NCBI GenBank assembly: GCA_030141605.1 | Contig: JAQGDQ010000001.1 | Location: forward strand, 1,984,001 to 2,048,000 | Reading direction: 5' to 3' | Length of the DNA stretch: 64,000 nucleotides | Origin: Tubiluchus corallicola | Taxonomy: Eukaryota; Animalia; Priapulida | Shown: in pieces, positions 1-36,217 of the stretch | How positions within the stretch are numbered: the first letter of the stretch is position 1 | How the letters are laid out: every line of letters begins with the position of its first letter | Made by a program: the position numbers and the translations under genes | The notes under the pieces: generated by a model | Databases searched by the model: none | Seen by the model: the letters and a program-made list of their open reading frames with translations, nothing else | What the model was told of the DNA's origin: nothing

Positions 1-445
1 CGGTAAAGCACAGACTTGCATGTATAGAATTAAACAAGCAGTACAACTTGCGTTATAATTGCTTTTTATCATTCCTCTACTCAGTCGTTCACAATAGACT
101 TAGAAGTGGAGAAGATCTCAATAACCAAACTAACACCACTGCTGAGTCATCAGAGCTGCAATGTTAGTTCTGTTACTCAGTCATTAATTGTTACTCTTCC
201 ATTACTGCGAGTTCGATTTATTTTTGCACATGCACTAGGGATTAATCAACATTAATGAGTGATTGTGGAAGAAAAGTCTGGGGAATTATTGTGCCGCAGC
301 GTCGCACATTAATCTGCAATGCAGCATATAATTATGCTTAGAGGAGCCATAATAAAACCGGTGATCATCGAGGGAGACCAAGAGAAAGAAATTAAAAGAA
401 AGACAGAGACACACATAGAGAAAGAGTGTAAAGAGTGTACAGATA

Positions 446-731
<286 letters not shown>

Positions 732-3466
732 TTAGGAGAAAGAGGGAGAAAAGTGAGAGATGAGGAGAGAGACAGAGGCAAATAGAAGTAGTGGAAGAGA
801 GGTTGAAAATTGATGAAACTGTGAAACATAATGCGTATTTCAGTTTGTGAATCTGGGCTCCAGTGTGGAATACTAAAGTTCATAATTTTGTTAACTGGAG
901 CGTGGGCAAAATTCTTTTAGCAACTGCCAAACACTGTACAAGTCCTTATCCAACATTATTTAAATTTTGATGTGGATCACTTTAATTTACTAAATTAAAA
1001 TTAACTACAACTATAACTTTGAGTAAATCTTGGTTAACTCGACTACAAAATCTGTCTCAGAAAATGGCGCACGGCCTACTTTTCAATTAAAATTTAAGGA
1101 TACCGAAGGCTTTGTACAGTTAACAGCTATGTGCTTTGTAACATTTTGTAGCTGTTTTTCTTTATTACAACTAATTAATTAAACAGAAAAGAGTTGCCGA
1201 CTTATTGCAACACTGAACAGGTTTAAAAAAGAGATGTAAATTCGGCGCCGATCGATGATGAAAGTCGGAATCCGGGATCCAAGACCACATGGTAAGGTCT
1301 ATTTAAAGTAACTGGGCCAAGTGATCTACCTGGGCCAAGCCGTGTTTGGATGGGCATAAATCCCGCTGAACCACAGAAATACAGTAAACAGGGGCAGATG
1401 ACACTTTCTAGTAGCAGTTTTCTTATCCATCTAACTAACCCGACTTGGCATTGCTTTACTTTGCAGCAGGCATACACCGTGACCAGTTAACTATTATCTG
1501 ACCAAAAACGCAATAGAAAAAGCTGTGTGTTCCATTATAACTTTTTTCACGTCTGTATTTTGATGGTTAACGGTACAAATTCTTGTTTGCAAGACCTTGT
1601 TACTTGAAAGACAAATATACTCTCGTGACAGCATGAGGAAATGGTTGGTGCATATAATCCAATTTCGAAAGATTCTTTCCATTTTATAAACCATACTGCT
1701 AGTTATAAATCGCGAAAACATCTGCCGATTTAGCTTGGTATCGTATTAACTTAATTCGTTTTCTCGGAAAATCTAATTGCGGGGGCGTATGATGAAGGCA
1801 GTTGTTGCAAACAGGAAACAGCTCCAGTGGACGGTTCAATAGTATTATTGTGTGGCTGCGTCACCTAGTATCAAGAATATTAAATAATCTGATAAAATGT
1901 TTTAATAAAGACGAACAATTTCTTATTTACCACAGTTATGATTATTTGAAACTGGTCCATAATATTTTACTATTACCTATAAGTTTAGACTGAAAGGTAG
2001 AAGTTTGCAAGTTAGTGTATTACATTAAAACTTCATAATGTTTTAAACATTTTCAGGACTCTTGCTAAAATTAAAATAATCCTACAGAATTATAAGCATC
2101 AACAACTAGAGTTTTTTCTTGCTTTAAATACGCACAAGTGTTTCATAAAAATAGAAAAAATAATTTTCTACATATTTTCGGTACTTGGATCTGAAAATTC
2201 CTAAACAACTGCACTACGAACTAATTAATTTGACAACGCGAACGTAGTGATTGCTGACCAAGGAACAGTAAACTGGTACAGGGTTGAATAACTTATCAGA
2301 GATTTTTTTCAAATATTAATGCTTATTTTGAGCAAAGAAAGTACTTCTGGCTGAGGTGGTTTGAGATAATCTTATTTTAGTGAAAAAGTTGGTAGTAGAT
2401 GAGTTTCAACATTAATTCTACAACAAACTGTTATTAAGACTAACAAATTGTTATTTTTTTACAAACTCAGTAAATTTCAAGATATTAGAGCTAATGTCGC
2501 TTGCATATAATTTATTATGCCTATTTTAGCTTGATTATCTTAAAGCATTTAGGCTTAGTTTTTAAGTGTTCTTCCAGAGTCATTCAAAATTATGATTTTC
2601 GTTTTAGTTTGGAAAATATGTGGAGAAACTTTTTATGCGAGTCCACGAGATGTTTTTTGCTATTTTGATTCTTTATACGACATACAGATTAAGGATCTGA
2701 ATGATGACCAACGCGACAACTTGAGGAACTTGAGATATACAAGATCTTCAAGATGCCAGAATTTGAAAAATACAGTAGTTTTCAGCCATATCCTTTCACT
2801 TGTAGAGCATATAAATGTATTATCAGCTGATACAAACAATTTCTTAAATAGCAATATTTTTCAGATGAAGTAAAACAGTTCAATTTAAACTGAGCATTTA
2901 AATCACTTTACCATCACCAGCATACGTAACTTTTCGGTGTTTGATTTTCTTTTTCATTCCGTATGACCCTGGAATAAATCTAAATTTTCCCTCTCGACCA
3001 AAAGAATGGTTCTATAAGAACATCCAAGCGAGTTACATTTAGAAAATATATAAATAGTTTTATCAGCATTGCAATTAACAAGTAAGTTTGATAAGCAAAA
3101 CATCAATAACACCTCTTGTTGTTTCAGCGTTTTATTCAGATTAGATTTCATACACTTAAGAGGTAAGTTAAAGTCAGGGCAATGATTTTATATTTCATTC
3201 CAGAACAGTTAGGTGATCCGTTTATAGATGAGCAAACAAACATAGATAATCGGTTTAAAGAAGATTTTATCTTTGTAAAAATATTACAAGGAGGTTCTTA
3301 ATTTAGTTGGCAGTATCAAACCGCAAGAAACTGGTTCACGCTTAGATTTTGTCGCCGATGCCGCACTGATGTCAGGATTATCTCTAGCAGGATGACTCAG
3401 CGTGAGGAAATGCAGCGGCACAGCAGAGATTTCTCATGTGTTGAGCTCTGACAGCTCGACTTTGGT

Positions 3467-26167
<22,701 letters not shown>

Positions 26168-27189
26168 TGTTCTTCAAAATTACACTCAGGTAGATACGCC
26201 TTACCTGCAGAAATACTTTTTAATTTATTTTTCAGGGTTACTTACTGAGGCATCTTTGCGATTATTTTCTTCTTTAAAGCACGTGTATAACGAAACCTTG
26301 TCTTGTCAGTTTTGTGTACTCTTGTAAAGCGCATGCTTTGCTTCCCAAGCTGCTCTGGTCTATGTTGTAGGCGATACTGGATTTGTTGCGGTGATTTGCT
26401 AGGTCTTGCACATAGTTCTGATATACGGATGGGTGAAGTGGAGTTCCGCCCAGTCTTTTGGTAACTTATGCGCCACGTGATAACTAATTGCTTAACAAAA
26501 TAAGTAAATGATGTGTGCACAAGCGCGGAATGTCACACGGAATGCGCATGCAACTCCACCTGCCCATGCGTGGGCGACGATTGCAAAGATTTTAACAATC
26601 AGTTTGATAACTATCTGCATTTATTAAAAAGATTCTTTTGAGCTTGTGGCTTGTCAACAAATTGCAATTTCGCTATTCAAAAAATAAGTAGACAATAGAA
26701 AAATGTAGCAGGACGTCTCATAGGGGACAATCTGCTACATGTTAAGGATGACGGCTGTATTACGACGAATCTGCAGTGTTGGAAACTGAGCGTGCTGTCA
26801 CATTATCAGATAACGTTAGAATTGTGAATCATCAATGACCAACTACCTAAACATACGATGGATCAACTGGCACTAACGACTGATCGAGCAGACTAACGCA
26901 ATAGACAAATTTTACCCAACGGCAGAAGTTTTCTTTTTAGCCTGGTGACCGATAAGAAGCTAATCTAGCATTTAATTAGCTGACGTCACAGCTGGCTGAT
27001 TGGCCAGCTGTTAATTTGATTGACTGATTGATTATTGGGTGGCTAGCTGAACGAGCTATCAGTTGAATAACTAATAGACCATTAAAAACAATTAACAAAC
27101 ACGAGCAAATCTACCGACCTATTTTGCTAAATAAATGAGATTCATATATGAGAGAATAAACCAATCAATCAATTACTCATTTAGTCGAT

Positions 27190-27680
<491 letters not shown>

Positions 27681-28189
27681 AATCAGTCAATTCAATTAAT
27701 CAATTCGTATTTGACGTAATAGGAATAGCTTCTAAAACTTGGGGACAAGTTCGTGAACTATCAGTGCTGATGTGGTTTCAAGGCGAACTAAAATGGCAGC
27801 TCGTGTTGCGCCGTCGACCGACAATAATTACCTGAAACGGAAAAGGAAATCTGCTGGATCATGATTGCAATACTCTAGAAAACTACTACACATAGCAGGC
27901 TTATTGTTAACCATGAGCACTTTAGAAGTGGTAGCTTTTATTGTGTCCTATGCAAATTAATACACTCGGCCAGAATTGTTCAGCTAGGACCAGCTTCGGG
28001 CCCATCCTGCAATAACAAATATTGTTTTGAAAATAGGTAGAGACTTGATTAAGACTACCTAGTTTTGATCTTTATAAGCTAGTCAGTGCGCAGCCTTTTC
28101 TAGCATAAAATAAAGATGTAATACATGTAAATGAATAAAAACCGATGTTCATAAAAAGGTTTCCCCGTCGACTTGTTTTCTGTGTTTTC

Positions 28190-28205
28190 TGTGTGTGTGT
28201 GTGTT

Positions 28206-28293
<88 letters not shown>

Positions 28294-28295
28294 TG

Positions 28296-28329
<34 letters not shown>

Positions 28330-28330
28330 C
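28190..28330. repeat. (TG)n followed by short (GA)n
   Basis: Direct inspection. Confidence 0.95.
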
Positions 28331-30299
28331 AGAAACAACAATTTAACTTCTGCCGAGATGGTAGCAGAGGCTCCGTACGTAACGGCATTACTTCACCATT
28401 GAACCTGTCTTAAGGACTATCATGTTGTGCTAGGATTGTTTTATTTTTGTAGTATTTTGTTGCAAAGTAAGTTTCTACGGCAATGATGACGTCGTCGACG
28501 TGCAAGTTTCGTGAAGCATTCAGGCTTGAACACTATGCAATCCGTTCAGCATGTCAACTGCGGTATAAAAATCTGTAATAATAATTTATACATATTAATT
28601 TTCAGAAAATGAAAAAAAAAACTGCTACACAACCGCTCTCTGAATTTGTAATTACAAAAGCAGCTGTTGCATCAATTTGCATGATGTTGTGTTCTATTAA
28701 CATAGGGCCTACAATGACAATTAAAGAAATGATATTATTACATTTTAAAAATCTACACTGATAGAACTGTTCCTTTGTATGACATATAAATAAACAACAC
28801 TATTTGCTATGCACATACGTCTGAAACGTCTGGCACTGTAGGAAAATGACATATAAGAATAAGACACTTAAGACCTGAACAAGGTGTACGGTGTAAAACT
28901 ACTTGCATTTACAATCAGGCAGACTCTGTTGGACTTCTTCTTACATGAAAAGTGTACCCACGGTTAATCAATCACTGCAGATCCAATGGAGGTGGTTGCG
29001 CATGTTAACAATATTCTTGCTTTAGACAAAATTATTAATAATAGTATGTTTCACATTTATATGTTTTAGAAACAATGTTTAGAAGTCTTCCAGCTGTTAA
29101 TCTTAAGGTGGACCTAGTAAAACTTTCGACATGCCAGTTTAAGAAGGGAGGTAGAGCAAGAACCAAAGAAAAAGAATGAAGGCTATTATATTATAAGCTT
29201 TCTCGCGACCAAGGCCAATAGAGTTTGATGTGTTTTCTTGAAATAATTGGCTTATTAAAAGAATTTTGCAAGCGGTTGTTCATTTTATCACTTTATTAAA
29301 AGACGTTCCAAATGTGTTGTGTTCCTATTTCAAAATTTATGGGCACTTGTAAGGTGTTCCAGTTTTGAGCGCTGTGATTTACTGTATTGTAGATGTAGGG
29401 GTAGTTTTGTTACAAGAAAGTGGAAATGAGTGCTTTAAATTAACAAAACAAATATATACATAAAATAACTAGTACAAGTTTTTCCAGGAAATTCAATAAC
29501 CGCGAGCGAAAATACATTGTTATTGAGAAGAAAAAGAAATTACGTGTGTTAGCAATACAAGGTTTTAGAACAATTAAAATCTATGTCGGTAGTTCACTTC
29601 GATTTGCGATTGTGCCACACTGATGCTGAGTTTTGGTTTGGTTATTTATCCTGTGTAACTGCAGGCCGATATTAACCTTAATGTAAACTGCACTTCATTA
29701 ATTTTTGTTGTATGAATAATTTCTCTATGCAGCAACAGCAAAACAAAGTACAACAGGAGAAAGCTGTAATTCGAAATATATCCCGTAGCTACTCTGTATA
29801 GTATTTTGAATGCATTTACGTGCATTATTTTGCGTATTTGGGATTCTCGCCTGCGATGTAACCTTATAAACAGACTTGTTTCGACCTGAAATGGGTCTTG
29901 TACTCGTTCTTATTCATTTAACCTGCTTTCAGTCAATTTTTGTATTCCTACATCACAATAGAGTAATTTTGTATTGTAGTTTTTTGCGACAAAGCGGCAC
30001 TTTAAATAACATATACCTCGAAATATAATCTATGGCAATATTAAATGGTGTTCTAAACGATATATCCAGGTTAGTGGTGCAGGGTGGTGGTCCGGAAAGA
30101 CTGATAAGAGAATAAACAAATGCTTCGCATTCTGGATTAGTTTTTCAAGTTGGTTTGAATTTTTCAATATTTTATTTTTTGAATTCAATTTTTTATTTCA
30201 CACTCCAGGTGTATAGTATAACACACACAATCACACACAAATTATAGATACTATTTACAAACAAACACAAAAATACTAAACCATCTGTAACCTAATTCC

Positions 30300-30780
30300 T
30301 TACCATATAAATAAAAAAAATAATAATAATGTATATAAGATTGATCGCCATTTAGCAGGTACACCTGACGTGTTCCTAATATCACTATTACACAGCTGGT
30401 TCACAATGGCATTACTGCAGTTTATTATCCTTACATACAGGCTAAACACACATTTTCTTCTAATAAAATCAAAGTATTTTAAATTATAGGATACACATAA
30501 TTGTCTTGCACTAAAGTCGAACGGTTTTCCGAAAAAATTTCGCAGTAATACATTGTATGCTACCTTTAGTTTTTTAATATTGTAAAGATTGAAGTTTCTC
30601 CATGTAGCCATACAGTAATAATTACTACAGTAGCTGTTTATGAAAATCTTTTTACATCATCACTACAATTTTTAAATGTATTTAGCAGTTTGTTTGCTCT
30701 ACAGTAAAACAGAGAACGTTGCCTTATGATGTCTACATCATCTTTGTTATCTGAAGTTATGATATGATGTATCATTTGAA
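30300..30780 (-). mobile_element. Decayed non-LTR retrotransposon ORF2 C-terminal fragment
   Basis: Minus-strand frames read DDVDIIRQRSLFYCRANKLLNTFKNCSDDVK.. and W..YNIKKLKVAYNVLLR..SARQLCV, resembling post-RT segments of invertebrate LINEs; contains a frameshift. Confidence 0.65.
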
Positions 30781-30791
30781 AGAAAATTAGC

Positions 30792-30900
<109 letters not shown>

Positions 30901-32129
30901 AGAGCAATTTGCGCACCCATTCATTTTTATGGTAGTGACAAAAATATTATTGCACGTTATTACGAGCTAATAGGATTAAACATGCGCTGTAAGATTTGCA
31001 AGACGAATAAGTGGCACCATCTACAGCTTAGTCATGCTAATTCAGTGTGAACTAAAATCGCTGCTAATCGCTGCATTCTCAAGCAGAGAATAACCTGTCA
31101 CGCAGCACAGTTAATACCGCAGCTGAGCCTAACAGGGTGCCTGAAGTAGGTGTCACAAAAATAGCTTTAAAGAATTATATTACTTTATAGCAGTTTTATG
31201 CATATATCGTACTCGATTTGAAAAAAGGATGATTTTTTTTGTTGTTTTAATTTTAAATCGCCCGCGACACTGTTCCGACTGCGCCTTTACATGGCGTCAT
31301 ATATGCACAACGTATAAATCAGGGGAAATAAATCTTAAAATATGTCACAAAAAAACTTTCCATGCAAAATTATATTACTTAGCACTTCGCTTACCTGCTT
31401 GAAAAACTTATGTAACTAGAGAAGAAATTATTAGTTATTTAAAATGCTTTCAACAATTGGTAAAATGTCGCTGACTCACCCTCCAGGGTGCACCACTCAC
31501 TAACCAAAAACGTAATAATTTTAATCTTATTGACAAGATACAGTAATTTTAAATTTTATTTAGTTAGTGACGTGTGCCCTCATTATTTTTTTAAAGTTTG
31601 CACAATGTTATCTAAACTTCTTTCAAATGACTTATCGTGAAAATTGGTGCGTCTAATGGTCATCGCGGGAGTTTAAATTTACAGCGTTATATGTTTTATA
31701 CAGCGTTATTGTCGATGCAGATATAATATGCAAAAAGACAGTATGTAAGTGTTATAAAATTTCAAGACGAATTTTTTAAGCTTTATGTAAGTGGAGGGTT
31801 TTTTTGTGCTTCAAGCATGATAGCCATCCGTATTTCACAAAACTGTTCAAAAAGAATCAGTCAGGCAATGGGTATGATTTATGAGTATTCAAATTGTGAT
31901 ATGAGTGTTGTAAAACTGTATTTTAGTAGCCACAACATCGTTTAATTATAATGTTAGTATCGTTTAATTATAATGCTCTAGAATCTAGTAGATTAGAATG
32001 ACGCTATTCTAAGTCGACAGTCTACTCATCACAAAATAACTGATAGGTATGCTGCCACATTGCTGGTCGCAGTGCACATTTTATATTAAAGTGTCAATTA
32101 CACGTACTTTAATGGTAGTAAAAAAATCC

Positions 32130-32760
<631 letters not shown>

Positions 32761-34199
32761 ATCGCTGTCTCGAATGTCTGCACATAACTCCTACCTACGT
32801 ATGCAGTTGCATAGAAGTTGCGCCGCCTTAACTAGATTAAAAACCTTGTAGGTATAACCATCACCGTAAAAGTTTAGCATAAAATCAAAGCATAAAAATT
32901 TATTACATGGAAATGCCTATTATAGTACGTTCGTAAACACAGTAGCCCGTTGTTTATTTTGTAAAACACTTGCTAAACTCGCTGTAGGTGTTTTTAAAGG
33001 AAAACCGGGCCCATCTTTGCCATAATTTAAAGCAATCTACCCTGTTTAAAACATCGAAATGCAACAATATTTTCTTAATAATGACTTACGTGAAGGAATT
33101 ATTACCGCAGAATGGCAATTTCGCGTTCGCGCGGCTAGTTCTTTGTTGTTACGGCAGTTCACCATTCGCTAGCTAGATGGGTAGTAGCGCCTGCATGTCA
33201 GAAGAGCGCTACACACAAAAAACAGGTGCTGTACCTTTCAGTTCAGATGTGTTCAGTTGTAAGGTAGTGCACACCATCGAGAGCTCATGTGTGAGCACAG
33301 TGGTAAACTTTAAAATTGAATTTTGAACTTAATTTGCCGAGTTTTTGTATATCATACTGAATTTTATATAATAGCACCGTACTGCAAACGCTACTTTCGA
33401 AAATGCTGGGCTCGCATACCGCTGAATAAGTTTTTAACCTATTATTTAACTAAAAGAAATGCTTTGGCACTAGTATTGATATTAACATGTATACTTTTCA
33501 CCGTATTTCAAAATGGGTAAGATGTGAAAAATCATCCTGCTTTCCTTTAATACTGGTGACGTTATGCCAATTGAAAATCAGGATGTCGGGAAGCAGGGTG
33601 CTTTTGCAGCAAAAATCAACGAATTTAACTGCCTCTCCTGGTAAAACAAAGCTTTAGACCATGTTTAAACCAGATAAGCAATTTTAAACTATATTGAATA
33701 GGAATTGATTTAAATTTAGTTTATAGCGCGCTTCCATTCCCTTTAAACCGGATAAGGCAGCTAGTGGATTGTAGGCGCATTTTGCTGATAGTTTAAACAA
33801 CAGTTTATTTAACTAACCGCTGGTTGGTGATACATAATTTTATACATAATATAAACAAGAATTCTACCTTTAGAAACACAGTAAACAATATGCTGAATGC
33901 GTGTTCTAAGAGAAGTAACTTGGCAATAATTTTTAACAGGGTGCTATCACTGTTATATTGTATATTGGAATGGCTGGCACCCGGAAAGGCTGAAATCCAA
34001 GTCTACTATGTATGACGCACGCAGCAGCTCGACGACGACTACTTAATTGAACCTGTTACTACCGGGAGGCGCAGCAAGCATTGCCATGACTACATGCACG
34101 CGAAGCTATGTTAGGTTAAATGGAAAGAAAGATTAACAATTACTATCGGTGTAAGTATTTTTACTTATCATTATCCGCAACAATAACTATTTCTAAATA

Positions 34200-35200
34200 A
34201 CTACTCCCATTGGCTGCACCAGCCTAAATTTCATCTAAGTCATGGTGTAAAATATAACGATCAAGATCATCCTAGGGTTACCATATTGTCTGAGTTGAAA
34301 AAGAGGACACGGGTACATGACCTTCATTTCATCTGTAAATGCACACTATCGTTTCGGCATTGCTACTTTCTAATTAACCTTTACCAGTTACGCTCGAAAC
34401 TGCAAAACAGCGAAACTATACAAATTTAAAGAAATTCACATAAAATTTAAAAACAAACAAAATGGCTCCTGGAAGCTGACGTCATTTTAAGTAGTTAGCG
34501 AATACGCCGAGTATCGACAACGGTGTGAGTGATGTGACCCATAGTGATGTGCGCATCACTTACTTTTGTTCAGTAAATATGTACACAAAGCTTTTACAAG
34601 GGTTGCATTTTGAGATGTTAGCAACATTTTGTATTGAAGGTTAACGAGCTTTTCTTTGTCTCGTACTGTCGAACGCCTCTGCAGTTGGCAACGTCCGTAC
34701 ATACTGATTGAGGCAAAACCCGGACAAACTGCCGATTTTTTGAAAACCCACTCGGACAGAGGCCCAAAAAGAGGATGTGTCCGGGGAAACCTGGACGTAT
34801 GGTAACCCTATATCATCCCAAAGTGGACGAAAGCGCTTTAAATCATCAGCAGTTAATGAGATGCTAGTCCCTGGGGAAATACAATCAGTAATATCATTAA
34901 TAAAAATAAGGAAGCAGTATGGGCCACTCAAAGTTCCTTGGGGATACCACTTATAGCGGGGCGCCATTCAGTGGATATACCGTTAAGAACAACACGTTGG
35001 AAATGATGGGTAAGAAAGTAACCGAACCACTTAAGAAGCTAACCTCTTATACGAGAATATTCCATCTTAAGTAAAAGGCGCTCTTAGTGGACAGAATCAA
35101 GTGCCTTTTTGAAGTCAAGATAAAGTACATCAATACCAGTAAATCGAAGAGGCTAGTCCACTGATTTAAACACGGCAATAGATTAGAGACGACTGTACAT
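34200..35200 (-). mobile_element. CR1/L2-like reverse-transcriptase fragment, split by the hAT MITE
   Basis: Minus strand YLDFKKALDSVH (about 35130-35090), PQGTLSGPYCFLIFINDI, ADDLK; resumes left of the MITE with DLDEI..WCSQWE. Confidence 0.75.
34273..34810. mobile_element. hAT-type MITE with TIRs and 8-bp TSD
   Basis: Left end TAGGGTTACCATA (34273), right end TATGGTAACCCTA (to 34810); flanks gatcatcc / tatcatcc (7/8 match). Confidence 0.8.
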
Positions 35201-36217
35201 AGGGGAAGAAACAATTAATAGCCAATTTTTATTCAGATAATTATTACTATATTATTAATTTATTTCTTGTAATTATGTTGTCACTATTTCACTGGTCATT
35301 GTATGCAACTTAGTTGAACCATGTACTTTCTATGTATGTATGTAGAAGATGCTTCATGCACACTGCCATGTTGTCTGGAGATTTTATGAAATTGAAAGTT
35401 ATATTAGTAAATTATAGAATTTTAAATATAGAATCATAAATTAAAACCAGAAAAGTAAATATTTTTACAGTTTCACAAGGGTATCATTATCTTGCTTAAC
35501 GTTTTGCCATCAGGCAAATGTTATAATTTATAACTTACATCTAGATACTTGAACTGTGAATTTATAAACAACAATGTTATGTTGCTTGATAAATAAACCA
35601 CAAGTGCAGAAGATAACTTATAAGTTCAGTGGTCATTGTCTCGTTCGGCACGAGAGTCGTAGCGAGTGCACTATAACATGCGCATGTTGGAAAGTAGAAA
35701 AAAAAATTTGAAAGGGGCAGAAGAAAGACGGCGTAAAAACATGATTAAGTTTTTTTTTGTAATCCTTTTTATTTTTTCATTTACTGGTTAATAAAGCAGT
35801 TTAACCATAAAGATTGAGTTATTTTTTAATTTGTGATGAAACAACCACGATGGCGTCACAGTCATGGCTTAGTAGTAACTGTAGTTTTTCCTTATCTTAG
35901 ATCCAACACTGTCTTTCAGTTTTTAACATGCATTGTTTAGGGAACTGTTTGGTAGAATTTTGCTCAAGCTGAACTTCTTGTCGCAAACTGCATGCAGTTT
36001 TGAAACTAGTTTTGTTAAGCTTCAATCCTTTACTCTCATGATATAAAAATTATATTGTTACATGTAGTTATGTTTGAAACTCTTGATTTCTATAGGTTTG
36101 TTAAATAATCCAAAACGCTATTTTTCTTCTGGAAATAACTTATTCTTGCTTTTGTTTCTACTGTGTAGTAATACAGATTTTATTACCGTTTTTCAGGATT
36201 GCAATCATATTATAGAT

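Noticed and set aside
1223-1477. Candidate TM exon of the guanylate cyclase
   Set aside because: No convincing 20-aa hydrophobic helix with a basic stop-transfer, and no suitable phase-1 acceptor identified.
32993-33745. Kolobok-like MITE (TTAA-AGG ... CCT-TTAA)
   Set aside because: Terminal inverted similarity beyond about 7 bp is too weak to call by eye.
36074-36217. N-terminal extension of the DNAI1 ORF (MKLLISIGLL..)
   Set aside because: Starts at TTG and lies mostly upstream of a splice acceptor at 36196; the first ATG is at 36218.
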